Positions 34,863 to 43,951 of a DNA stretch of 44,341 bases are shown piece by piece (within the stretch, counting starts at the first letter, position 1; each line of letters opens with the position of its first letter). A program made the position numbers and the translations under genes. The notes below the pieces were generated by a model. The model worked only from the letters and a program-made list of their open reading frames with translations. It searched no databases and had not been told where the DNA came from. This DNA comes from a virus (taxonomy: Duplodnaviria; Caudoviricetes). The DNA is taken from IMG/VR virus record IMGVR_UViG_3300020467_001103, positions 1 to 44,341 of that record, one strand, 5' to 3'.

Positions 34863-35059
34863 ATCAGTTTGAAATAGAAGCAAAGACTTCTGGTGGTGCA
34901 GTATTCGAACAAGGTGTGAAGATGTCGAAAAGTAATAAAGCAATAAGAAGGATAGCGGAACCTCTTATGGCAAAACATTGGAAACAAGAAGTTACAAATC
35001 TACATAGAATTTATAGGGTAGCGGAATATCTTCACAAAAGGACAAAAAGGTTAAAATGA
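34838..35059 (+). CDS. Small hypothetical protein
   Basis: Tiling path. Confidence 0.55.
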   Translation: MDGKEKKLDQFEIEAKTSGGAVFEQGVKMSKSNKAIRRIAEPLMAKHWKQEVTNLHRIYRVAEYLHKRTKRLK

Positions 35060-35229
35060 ACACATATTTTTTTGATTACGAACCTGGAGACAGAGTGAAA
35101 AATCCTAAAGCACCTGAATGGGGAATAGGACAAGTACAATCTATAATAAAAAATAAAGTCACAGTAAATTTTGAGGACGCAGGTAAAAAAACTGTTGACG
35201 GTAGTGTAATAGAACTGGAAAAAATTTAA
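35056..35229 (+). CDS. DUF3553-like SH3-fold protein (57 aa)
   Basis: [18 protein letters not shown]....[10 protein letters not shown]. Confidence 0.8.
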   Translation: MNTYFFDYEPGDRVKNPKAPEWGIGQVQSIIKNKVTVNFEDAGKKTVDGSVIELEKI

Positions 35230-36185
35230 TGTCAGAATTATACAACAAAGTAAGAAAATTTATACCCGAAGTAGAATGGGCAGTGCATGAACCTTTAGTA
35301 GAACAGATTAATAAACTTAAAAAAGAAAAGAATGCAGTGATACTGGCACATAGTTATATGACTCCAGAAATATATCATTGTGTGGCAGATATAGTGGGAG
35401 ACTCATTAAAACTTGCAAAAGAATCACAAAAAGCAAAAGCGGACATCATTATAATGTGTGGTGTACACTTTATGGCTGAAACGGCTAAGATATTAAATCC
35501 TAACAAGAAAGTATTGATACCTGATATGTCAGCAGGTTGTTCACTGGCTGAATCAATTACAGGAGAGGACGTAAGACTTTTAAAACAAAAATATCCTGGT
35601 GTGCCAGTTGTTTCTTATGTTAATACATCAGCAGACGTAAAAGCAGAGACAGATATATGTTGTACAAGTTCTAACGCGGTAGAGATAGTTGAGTCATTAG
35701 GCGTAGACAAAGTTATATTTTTACCAGATGAATATTTAGGCAAGAACGTTGCCGCACAGACTAAAGTGAAGATTATAACATTCCATGGAACTTGTATAGT
35801 GCATGAAAGATTTACGCCAGAAGAAATAAGAGAATATAGAAAAAACTATCCTGGCATAGTTGTATTAGCACACCCAGAGTGTCCACCAGAAGTTGTAGCA
35901 GAAGCAGACTACACAGGATCAACTTCTAAGATGAGTAACTACGTCAGAGACAAACAACCTAAGAAGGTTTTGATGGTTACTGAATGTTCTATGAGTGACA
36001 ATGTCGCTATTGAAAATCCTAATGTTGAAATGATTAAACCTTGTAATTTATGTCCGTATATGAAAAAAATTACTTTGCAAGGAATCTATAATAGTTTGAC
36101 AAACGGAACAGACGAAGTTAAACTAACAGATGCAGTAATGGATAAAGCAAGATTATCTATATCAAGAATGATTGAGGTAAAATGA
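35229..36185 (+). CDS. nadA: Quinolinate synthase
   Basis: [45 protein letters not shown] (three Fe-S Cys). Confidence 0.97.
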   Translation: MSELYNKVRKFIPEVEWAVHEPLVEQINKLKKEKNAVILAHSYMTPEIYHCVADIVGDSLKLAKESQKAKADIIIMCGVHFMAETAKILNPNKKVLIPDMSAGCSLAESITGEDVRLLKQKYPGVPVVSYVNTSADVKAETDICCTSSNAVEIVESLGVDKVIFLPDEYLGKNVAAQTKVKIITFHGTCIVHERFTPEEIREYRKNYPGIVVLAHPECPPEVVAEADYTGSTSKMSNYVRDKQPKKVLMVTECSMSDNVAIENPNVEMIKPCNLCPYMKKITLQGIYNSLTNGTDEVKLTDAVMDKARLSISRMIEVK

Positions 36186-36823
36186 GAATTTGTATAGTAT
36201 ATGGACATCACAATACCAAAAGCAGTTTCAATGCCGCAATCAGAGATACTTTTATTGAAGAAGCCACTTTGTGTGGACACGAAATAGATTTAATTAATCT
36301 GTTTGACGAGGAAGTTCAATTACCATTTTACAATTCAGAGATCAATCCGCCACCACAGATTGTATTAGATTATAGAAAAAGATTAGAAAACAGTGACGTG
36401 ATGTTCCTTATAGGATCTTGTCATAACTTGAGAATGCCAACCATACTAGAAAATTGGATCGACTGGGTATTACACCCGAAATGGTTTTTCAGTTACAGAG
36501 CATTGGTTCCGGGCAGTAAATATTTTAAGAACTATGGTTACCCTGTGCCAGGTGCGATGAACGGCAAACTGGGATTGATATCAATGACATATGGTGGACC
36601 TATGGTGACCTATGTAAATTTTAGTTTATTTGATAATATTCCTTACAGAAGGATAAAGAAAGCAGTATTTAATTTAGGTGGCATGGTTACAAAGTACATA
36701 AGATTTTATTCTGTGTTACCTGGCATGAAACAATCAGAATTCGATGCACACATGGGCAGAGTAAGGAAACTTGCTAGAAGTTTAAATCCTGACAAGAAGA
36801 AAAAGATTAGTTGGTGGGCATAA
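36182..36823 (+). CDS. Flavodoxin-fold NAD(P)H:quinone oxidoreductase-like protein
   Basis: IVYGH...[21 protein letters not shown]. Confidence 0.8.
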   Translation: MRICIVYGHHNTKSSFNAAIRDTFIEEATLCGHEIDLINLFDEEVQLPFYNSEINPPPQIVLDYRKRLENSDVMFLIGSCHNLRMPTILENWIDWVLHPKWFFSYRALVPGSKYFKNYGYPVPGAMNGKLGLISMTYGGPMVTYVNFSLFDNIPYRRIKKAVFNLGGMVTKYIRFYSVLPGMKQSEFDAHMGRVRKLARSLNPDKKKKISWWA

Positions 36824-37053
36824 TGAAAAGTTACACATTAGATATAAAAGTAGGTGATAAGGTTGAAGTTGGACGTTTTAGAAACGTGATGGCTACCGTC
36901 AAAGCAATAGAGATAGACGAACACGGACAACCAGTAATTATAACAAGCAAAGGTCCAAAGAAGTTGTTAAGTCTTAGACTTATGAAGTTATCACCAGGTG
37001 CAAAAACTCCAAAACAGATACTTTTAGAGAGAAATAAAACAAAAAAATCTTGA
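36823..37053 (+). CDS. Small basic SH3-like protein
   Basis: IKVGDKVEVGRFRN...DEHGQP. Confidence 0.65.
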   Translation: MKSYTLDIKVGDKVEVGRFRNVMATVKAIEIDEHGQPVIITSKGPKKLLSLRLMKLSPGAKTPKQILLERNKTKKS

Positions 37054-37090
37054 TTTTTCTTCATTGAGACTATATAGCATTTATAGTACC

Positions 37091-37933
37091 ATGGAAAAAA
37101 CAGAAATAAAAAAGCCTACAATACAAGAAAGAATAGCCAGTCGTGTAACCGAAATACTCGATCCTGTAGAAAGTTGGCTGGACAGATACAACAACAATCC
37201 TGATAGATTCAACCCTGAAACTTTAAAACTTGTTCCTTTGTTTAAGAAGGAGAAGGTGGGTGGAGTACACGCAAGAAAGATTCAAGAAAGATTTGAAGAA
37301 CCCTACAAAGAATTTAAAGACCTATTGGATTTGCGTAAAAAGAATTTGAAATTCGAAGAACTAGATGAAGAGGGAGAAACAGATTCGGCTGAAAGACAGT
37401 TGTTAGAAGCATACGAGGGAGTCACTAACGAAACAATAGAGAAAGGTATCAAAGCATATGACAATATATTTGAAGCCTGTGACTACATGATTAGTATTGC
37501 AAACGCAAATAGAAAGCCACGCACAAAGAAAGTCAAGTCACCAGAGAAGTTGGTTGCTAAATTGCAATACAAACAGGAAGAAACAAAATTGAATCTAAAA
37601 TCTATTGATCCAACAGAAATAATTTACGCAGAAGAACTTTGGGTGTACAATACAAAGACAAGGAAGTTGGGTCATTACGTTGCTAGGACATTAGATCCTA
37701 GAGGTCTCAATAGACCTGGAACAGGACTTATGATACAAGGCACGTCTGTAAAAGGATTTGATGAGGATAAAAGTATTCAAAAAACACTCAGAAAACCAGA
37801 GGAACAATTAAAGGAATTCAGTGATTCAGGGCCTAAAAAAGTGCTTGAATTTTATGATGCTATTAAGACTATGGGCATTAAACTTAATGGACGTATTAAT
37901 ACTGAAGTTCTTTTACTCAGAGCAGTTAGATAA
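37091..37933 (+). CDS. Conserved T4-like phage protein
   Basis: LWVYNTKTRKLG.Y, KTLRKPEEQL, NGRIN...LL motifs. Confidence 0.8.
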   Translation: MEKTEIKKPTIQERIASRVTEILDPVESWLDRYNNNPDRFNPETLKLVPLFKKEKVGGVHARKIQERFEEPYKEFKDLLDLRKKNLKFEELDEEGETDSAERQLLEAYEGVTNETIEKGIKAYDNIFEACDYMISIANANRKPRTKKVKSPEKLVAKLQYKQEETKLNLKSIDPTEIIYAEELWVYNTKTRKLGHYVARTLDPRGLNRPGTGLMIQGTSVKGFDEDKSIQKTLRKPEEQLKEFSDSGPKKVLEFYDAIKTMGIKLNGRINTEVLLLRAVR

Positions 37934-37943
37934 ATAACTGTAT

Positions 37944-38825
37944 ATGAGCACAAGAGACGACATAATTTCTATTAAAAACGGGTTAATTACACTTGGCAAT
38001 GCCATTGACAATCTTAGTGTACACGCAGAGGACTCAGGGCAAATAGTTAATTCAGCGAAAACTATTAACTTCCAAGGTAAAGATCATAACTCAATCTACG
38101 GAAAAGGTTTACAATGGAGTGGCATGGGCAATACGAAAATGCTACACCTACAAGGTGAGCCTAATAGAATATGGAGTTCGGAAATATTCGATCTACACAA
38201 AGACGCACACTATTCAATAGACAACACACCTGTACTAACTTCCGAAGAGTTAGGTCCTACAATTCAAAAATCCAATCTAAGAAAAGTTGGAATATTAAAT
38301 GGATTAGCAGTAAACGGAGATGTAAACTTCGATCAATTTGTATTCTTTGATTCAGGTATGAGCAGATTAGGTGTTGGTGTAGAAGCAATGAATGGTCAAT
38401 TTTCTGTTGCATCTAACTACGTTGAATTTAGAGTTCAACCTAATGAGGACAATGCAGAAGTAGGAACTTGGACAACACACGATTTAAGAATTCAAACAGA
38501 TAGCACAGACAGAATCACTGTTAAAGCAAACGGTGATGTAGTTATAGGAAACAAAGGTGGTACAGACAACACTGTAAACATACATGGCAAACTTGGAGTA
38601 GGCGTTAGCAACATGAGAGGTGACGCATCACTAGAAGTGTCTGGAGCACTAAGATTCAAAAACAGAATATTTGATGTCGGATCTGAAGCACCAACACAAG
38701 GTGCATGGTCGCAAGGTGACACTATTTGGAACATTAATCCTACGCCAGGAAACGTTATGGGTTGGGTATGTACTAAAACAGGGACACCAGGCGAATGGAA
38801 AACTTTCGGAAATATTTCAAACTAG
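37944..38825 (+). CDS. Tail fibre/virion structural protein
   Basis: Beta-rich G-x-G-V-G repeats, APTQGAW..GDTIWN..P...GWVC...GTPGEW; GATAAATA at 37928. Confidence 0.75.
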   Translation: MSTRDDIISIKNGLITLGNAIDNLSVHAEDSGQIVNSAKTINFQGKDHNSIYGKGLQWSGMGNTKMLHLQGEPNRIWSSEIFDLHKDAHYSIDNTPVLTSEELGPTIQKSNLRKVGILNGLAVNGDVNFDQFVFFDSGMSRLGVGVEAMNGQFSVASNYVEFRVQPNEDNAEVGTWTTHDLRIQTDSTDRITVKANGDVVIGNKGGTDNTVNIHGKLGVGVSNMRGDASLEVSGALRFKNRIFDVGSEAPTQGAWSQGDTIWNINPTPGNVMGWVCTKTGTPGEWKTFGNISN

Positions 38826-39106
38826 AAAAAACAGTTAAACACTGGATATGGATAGGCAGGATTGCTCCGCTTACCGCTCTGGTTCTATTACTTTTATCTT
38901 TATCTTTTGAGCCTACGGGTGTAACATCTTACATCATAATAGGTATCTGTATCACATTTGCAATCACAGCCTTTGCATGGTGGTGGTGGGTGATACACGC
39001 AGTAAAAGATATATTCAATCTACTTGGTGAAGCAAACAAACGATTCGCTGAAGTAATCAAAGAACTAAAACAAATCAAACAGGACTATTTTAAAAAGAAG
39101 GACTAG
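38795..39106 (+). CDS. Two-TM membrane protein with coiled-coil tail (holin-like)
   Basis: Two TMs, WWWW, charged C-terminus. Confidence 0.6.
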   Translation: MENFRKYFKLEKTVKHWIWIGRIAPLTALVLLLLSLSFEPTGVTSYIIIGICITFAITAFAWWWWVIHAVKDIFNLLGEANKRFAEVIKELKQIKQDYFKKKD

Positions 39107-39543
39107 AAACTCCAAAGTTCTTTTTTGTATTTCTTAGAAAGGTTATCGTAGTATGACGTATTTTTTTGTAAAGACTGTCTTGCCATTGTTAGGGATTTAC
39201 GTTTCTGTGCGAGAACTAGATTATATTTTCCATTCCCTGTCGACATTCCTCGCATTTTAGTATTCGCTTTCCTATGATCCGGCAGGAAAATGTATTCAGG
39301 ATATTTCTTGCTAATTTTCCTACAATAATTTTGTAATCTTGATTTGGTAATTTTGTCTGGCACGATAAAAATACAAACTTCTTTTCTAATCAAAACGGGG
39401 TCTACATCTAACGCAGAAGCCTGTATAATGTGATATCTAGCATTTTTGGCAAACGGACACATACTATGGTTGCCTAATTTTTCGTGGACCTCACTAACTT
39501 TTTTTATCCACCGTGTGATATCTGTGTAAATAGAACTAGTCAT
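39103..39543 (-). CDS. Hypothetical protein (CPFA motif, DUF1415-like)
   Basis: 146 aa minus-strand ORF; TAAATA on minus strand at 39552-39557. Confidence 0.65.
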   Translation of the reverse strand: MTSSIYTDITRWIKKVSEVHEKLGNHSMCPFAKNARYHIIQASALDVDPVLIRKEVCIFIVPDKITKSRLQNYCRKISKKYPEYIFLPDHRKANTKMRGMSTGNGKYNLVLAQKRKSLTMARQSLQKNTSYYDNLSKKYKKELWSF

Positions 39544-39560
39544 TATAAACGTATTTAATT

Positions 39561-40154
39561 ATGTTAGTTATAGGAAACGGCGAGAGTAGAAAATCAATAG
39601 ACATTAGCACACTTAAATTGCCTACTGTGGGTTGCAATGCAATCTTCAGAGACACGACAGTGGATCATCTGGTATGCGTTGATAGAAGAATGATACGCGA
39701 AGCCTTAGAACACAATAACACAAATCAATCAATACTCTACACAAGACCCGATTGGTGTGCAGAGTTTGGAGTTTTTCCTGTACCTGAATTGCCTTACAAA
39801 GGAGACTTAAGACAGGACGATCCTTGGCATTGGGGCACAGGACAGTATGCCCTTTTAGTTGCTGTGAAATATTGTGTGATGGATCACATCCACGTGATAG
39901 GTTTTGATATGAAAAGCAAAGATGGATTGGTAAACAATTATTACAAAGACAGTAAATCTTATGATGAATCAAAAAAGTCAGCAGTAGATCCTAGTTATTG
40001 GTTATATCAAAACAGAAAAATATTTGAACACTATCCCAAGCAAAACTTCAATTTTTATGTGGATGAATATTTCAAAGTGCCAGAAGGTTGGGATCAAATA
40101 TCAAATTTACGGATACTACCAATTTCTGACATACACAAACATATTGTTATCTAA
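39561..40154 (+). CDS. Glycosyltransferase-like (GNGES) phage protein
   Basis: VIGNGESR, GCNAIFRD, LVCVD, IGFD. Confidence 0.7.
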   Translation: MLVIGNGESRKSIDISTLKLPTVGCNAIFRDTTVDHLVCVDRRMIREALEHNNTNQSILYTRPDWCAEFGVFPVPELPYKGDLRQDDPWHWGTGQYALLVAVKYCVMDHIHVIGFDMKSKDGLVNNYYKDSKSYDESKKSAVDPSYWLYQNRKIFEHYPKQNFNFYVDEYFKVPEGWDQISNLRILPISDIHKHIVI

Positions 40155-40158
40155 ATAC

Positions 40159-40187
40159 TTGACAAAAACATAATAATTTTATATTAT
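40159..40187 (+). promoter_or_regulatory. Sigma70-type promoter for queD
   Basis: TTGACA-N17-TATTAT. Confidence 0.75.
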
Positions 40188-40195
40188 GTATAAAT

Positions 40196-40233
40196 GAGGA
40201 CTAAACGTCGACCCTCTCTAAATATTCCGCCGT
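40196..40233 (+). promoter_or_regulatory. Candidate structured leader/riboswitch before queD
   Basis: GAGG/CCTC stem; loop ACGTCG nearly complementary to downstream CGCCGT. Confidence 0.35.
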
Positions 40234-40249
40234 ATTATAAGGAGAAGTT

Positions 40250-40708
40250 ATGAAACATCAAAGCACTAAAACATATGGCACAGATAGAGGGTTCAGTTGT
40301 GCCTTTAGACAACCTAAAGCAACACACAGTCATTGTTCATTAATTCACGGATACAGTCTGGGATTTAAATTTACATTCGAAGCAGATTATCTAGATGATA
40401 AAAACTGGGTATATGATTTTGGAAATTGTAAATGGATTAAAAAATATTTAGAAGACAATTTTGATCACACACTTGCAGTAGACATGAATGATCCACAAAT
40501 GGAAGATTTCAAACAATTAGAAAGCAAAGGACTTGCTAAGGTTGTTGAGATGAGTGGAGTTGGTTGTGAAAAATTTGCAGAACACGTATTCAATTATGTG
40601 GCTCCGCAGATTACTAATGAAACAGCCAAGAGAGTAAGATTAGCAAGTGTTGAAGTATTTGAACATGGCTCTAATAGTGCTGTGTACTTAAATACTGATA
40701 ATGTCTAA
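40250..40708 (+). CDS. queD: 6-carboxytetrahydropterin synthase (PTPS/QueD family)
   Basis: HSHCSLIHGY, VYDFG, FDHTL, GCEKFA, VEVFEH. Confidence 0.88.
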   Translation: MKHQSTKTYGTDRGFSCAFRQPKATHSHCSLIHGYSLGFKFTFEADYLDDKNWVYDFGNCKWIKKYLEDNFDHTLAVDMNDPQMEDFKQLESKGLAKVVEMSGVGCEKFAEHVFNYVAPQITNETAKRVRLASVEVFEHGSNSAVYLNTDNV

Positions 40709-41423
40709 AAATTTTATTATCTGTCTTAAACACGGAACCAAGTACGGACCAAACTACGTAAACACACTGGAACAAATGGTGCGAAGACATTGCACCGTGC
40801 CATTCGAATTCATTTGTTACACTGACGATACCACTGGTTTAAACAATACTATCAGGACCATGGACCTTACAGAGGCATACGGAGTTGTAGGTTGGTGGCA
40901 TAAACCTTTACTATTCAATCCAAATAATCCAATCGGTGATCCAGGTGATACTATCCTTTACACAGATTTAGATGTAATTATTTTTAGAAACATAGATAAA
41001 TTATTTTCACACAAACAAGGAAAATTTTGTGTGATAAGAGATTTTAACAGATCAGCAAATCCACAATGGAAAAAATTTAATAGTAGTGTTGTGAGATGGC
41101 AAATAGGACAACATCCACAAATATACAATGACTTTATAAAGACAGCGCCAACACAGGTTAGAAGATTCCATGGAGATCAAGATTGGTTATATTCACAAGT
41201 TTTCAATACAAAGGATTTTGAGTTTTGGCCCGACGAATGGATAATGAGTTACAAGTGGGAAATGAGAAATAGACCACCCATGCACCGAAGAAAAGATGGT
41301 GTAAGAGATTTTATAAGTCCTGGTGTGCCGGCTGTTAAACCTGAAACATCAATAGCAGTGTTCCACGGCGATCCTCAACCTGCCAACTGTCAAGATCCTT
41401 GGTGCATAGAGAATTGGCGTTGA
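40701..41423 (+). CDS. GT-A fold glycosyltransferase (GT8-like)
   Basis: CLKHGTKY, WWHKP, YTDLDV (DxD), NSSV, GDQDW, VFHG.P.P. Confidence 0.85.
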   Translation: MSKNFIICLKHGTKYGPNYVNTLEQMVRRHCTVPFEFICYTDDTTGLNNTIRTMDLTEAYGVVGWWHKPLLFNPNNPIGDPGDTILYTDLDVIIFRNIDKLFSHKQGKFCVIRDFNRSANPQWKKFNSSVVRWQIGQHPQIYNDFIKTAPTQVRRFHGDQDWLYSQVFNTKDFEFWPDEWIMSYKWEMRNRPPMHRRKDGVRDFISPGVPAVKPETSIAVFHGDPQPANCQDPWCIENWR

Positions 41424-41448
41424 CGCATACCAAAATATTTGCTATAAT
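41420..41448 (+). promoter_or_regulatory. Sigma70-type promoter for uvsE
   Basis: TTGACG-N17-TG-C-TATAAT, ATG 5 nt downstream. Confidence 0.8.
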
Positions 41449-41453
41449 AAAGA

Positions 41454-42497
41454 ATGACTAGACGTATCGGATTCTGCTGTCAATGGTTCCACCATGATAG
41501 AACACTTAAAAAGAAACAATTAGAAGAAATAGAAAGACCAATGAACACACGTTCAACAACCGTGCGTTGGCTTAACGAACACAAAGATGAAGCAGAAGCA
41601 AAACTAGATTTCGTATTCAAACACAACATCGACGGCATTAAAAATTTAATCTTAAAAGTTTCCACACTTCCTAAAAGCAGAAGAATGTGTAGGATAAGTT
41701 CTCCAATATTGCCTGTGGCTACGCAGGCGGACTGGAGATACTATTGGGACAAACCTGAAATAATAAACTATTGTGAAAAACATTTCGCAGAGGCAGGTGA
41801 TCTTGCAAGAAAACATGATGTAAAAGTTAGTTTCCATCCTGGACAATTCACAGTACTTGCTTCGGATACTCCAGACATAGTTGATAGATCAATAGATGAA
41901 TTTGAATATCATGTAAACATGGCACGTTGGATGGGATTTGGTAAAAGTTTTCAAGACGGTTGCAAGATAAATGTACACATCTCTGGTAGGCAAGGACCTG
42001 CAGGTATTATCAAAGCAATACCTAGACTGTCTCCCGAAGCACGTAATCTATTGACGATCGAAAATGATGAAATGGGTTGGGGACTAGAATCTTCATTAGA
42101 ATTAGAAAAACATTGTGCATTGGTATTAGACATACATCATCATTGGGTGAGAACAGGAGAATACATACAAGCAAATGATGATAGAGTCAAAAGGATAATT
42201 GATAGTTGGCGTGGAGTAAGACCTACCATGCACTATTCTTATTCAAGAGATGAATGGTTGTCTCCTGCTTATCCTGAAGGAAAAATGCATGAAGGCATTC
42301 ATGATATGCAAACACTTTTGGATAAAGGTTGTAAGAAACAAAAATTACGGGCACACTCAGATATGTTGCCCAATCGTGCAGTAAATGAATGGGCGTTATC
42401 TTTCTTACCAAATCTTGATATACAAGTCGAAGCAAAAGCCAAAAATTTAGCGGCAGAACAATTACACACTCAGGCTGAAGAACTGGGATTAGTTTAA
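41454..42497 (+). CDS. uvsE: UV DNA damage endonuclease
   Basis: RIGFCC, RISS, SFHPGQFTVL, IENDE, VLDIHHH, AHSD, VEAKAK. Confidence 0.95.
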   Translation: MTRRIGFCCQWFHHDRTLKKKQLEEIERPMNTRSTTVRWLNEHKDEAEAKLDFVFKHNIDGIKNLILKVSTLPKSRRMCRISSPILPVATQADWRYYWDKPEIINYCEKHFAEAGDLARKHDVKVSFHPGQFTVLASDTPDIVDRSIDEFEYHVNMARWMGFGKSFQDGCKINVHISGRQGPAGIIKAIPRLSPEARNLLTIENDEMGWGLESSLELEKHCALVLDIHHHWVRTGEYIQANDDRVKRIIDSWRGVRPTMHYSYSRDEWLSPAYPEGKMHEGIHDMQTLLDKGCKKQKLRAHSDMLPNRAVNEWALSFLPNLDIQVEAKAKNLAAEQLHTQAEELGLV

Positions 42498-42512
42498 AAA
42501 TAAATACAGCAT

Positions 42513-43064
42513 ATGAAATACGACCAAATAACAGAGGCGAAGAAAAATCGCGAACAAAAACTTGAAGCAGTAAAACTACCTTACAAATTAGGTGATCTAT
42601 CTCCTGTACTTTCAAAAAATAATGTAGACTATCATTATAATGTTTTAACAAAAGCATACGTCAGAAGATACAACGAAGGAGAAGGTGATCCTGATTTTAA
42701 TTATGGTGGAGCAAAACTTCATAATTTGTTTTGGAGTCAGTTACGTAAACCAACACCATCTAATAAACCAAGTGGTGCAATTAAAGAACTAATTGAAAAG
42801 AATCATAAAACATTTGATGCATTTAAAAAAGAAATGTTAAGAATGGCTATGAGCATACAAGGTTCTGGTTGGGTTTACTTGGCACGAAATGGATCTATAA
42901 AAAAGACTCCAAACCAATCTTACAAAACAGATATATTGATGCCAATCGATATGTGGGAACATTCTTTTATGGATTACATTCCTGCCAAAGATGCTAAAAA
43001 GAAATATGTCGAAAGCATGATGAGAATTATAGATTGGGATTCAATTAATCAAAGACTATCATAG
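42513..43064 (+). CDS. Fe/Mn superoxide dismutase with N-terminal extension
   Basis: LPY..L.P, DYHY, LHNLFW, QGSGWVYL, IDMWEHS; TAAATA at 42501. Confidence 0.9.
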   Translation: MKYDQITEAKKNREQKLEAVKLPYKLGDLSPVLSKNNVDYHYNVLTKAYVRRYNEGEGDPDFNYGGAKLHNLFWSQLRKPTPSNKPSGAIKELIEKNHKTFDAFKKEMLRMAMSIQGSGWVYLARNGSIKKTPNQSYKTDILMPIDMWEHSFMDYIPAKDAKKKYVESMMRIIDWDSINQRLS

Positions 43065-43075
43065 GAGGAAAAACA

Positions 43076-43249
43076 ATGATAACTTCAGTACAAAAATGGG
43101 TCAATGCAAGGATCAAAGAAAGAACTACTCTTGACGGAGCAATTCTTATTGGTGCGGGTATTGCCTTTTTAATTTTCAAACCTATAGCAAGTATAGTGGC
43201 ATACGGAGCGATTGCCTACGGTGCTTGGACTATTTGGAAATCAGAATAA
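43076..43249 (+). CDS. Small membrane protein (57 aa)
   Basis: AGGAGG SD; KERTTLDG..two hydrophobic helices. Confidence 0.7.
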   Translation: MITSVQKWVNARIKERTTLDGAILIGAGIAFLIFKPIASIVAYGAIAYGAWTIWKSE

Positions 43250-43537
43250 TTAAAGTGAACTTATAGGTGTGTCGCTTGATGCGTCCATTCTAAGAACTTG
43301 TCTTTGTTTGACACCTTGTTGTTGAGCAAATTTCTTTGGATTGCACTTGTGACACACGTGTTTATAAAAATTAGTTAAACGTTTCTTTTCAATCTTTCCT
43401 TTGGCTCTTTCGAAATCTTTTCCACAGTTATCACACTGAAATATATAGAGTGTTTTTATACGGGTGCATTTGTGCTTTTTACCCAGTTTACTCTTACGCA
43501 CTGATTCAGTTTTTATTTGCTTTTCACCTTTAAACAT
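43250..43537 (-). CDS. Basic zinc-finger protein
   Basis: CDNC...HVCHKC; minus-strand TAAATA just upstream of ATG 43537. Confidence 0.7.
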   Translation of the reverse strand: MFKGEKQIKTESVRKSKLGKKHKCTRIKTLYIFQCDNCGKDFERAKGKIEKKRLTNFYKHVCHKCNPKKFAQQQGVKQRQVLRMDASSDTPISSL

Positions 43538-43600
43538 ATACTTATTTACATTAGCATTAGTAAAAATTCCATAAATACAAATGAAATAGGACAAAAAATT

Positions 43601-43951
43601 ATGCCAATAATGACATTGACTAACACAGCAGAAGAGAAGATCAAAGAACTGTGTGCAAACAATAATAAGTGGGCAGTGCGTTTAGGCATAAAAGGCGGCG
43701 GCTGTGCAGGTTTTTCCTATGATTGGGGTTTTGCAGAACAGAACGAAATGCAGGACAACGACGAACTGATTGAAACCAAAGGCGGTAGATTAGTGGTAGA
43801 CAGCCATAGTGTAATGTACCTATTAGGAACTGAATTGGATTTTGTTAATGAAGTATGGGGTTCTCATTTCGATATCAAAAATCCAAACGCAAAAAGCGCC
43901 TGTGGGTGTGGAGAAAGCATTCAGTTCGATTTGGAAAAAATAAATGGCTAA
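43601..43951 (+). CDS. iscA: A-type Fe-S carrier (IscA/ErpA/HesB)
   Basis: GGGCAGFSY, NPNAKSACGCGES. Confidence 0.93.
   Translation: MPIMTLTNTAEEKIKELCANNNKWAVRLGIKGGGCAGFSYDWGFAEQNEMQDNDELIETKGGRLVVDSHSVMYLLGTELDFVNEVWGSHFDIKNPNAKSACGCGESIQFDLEKING

Noticed and set aside
20247-36823. Bacterial chromosome origin suggested by metabolic genes
   Set aside because: Metabolic genes are isolated from their usual operons and interleaved with T4-like structural and hypothetical genes and TAAATA motifs; no compositional break evident by eye
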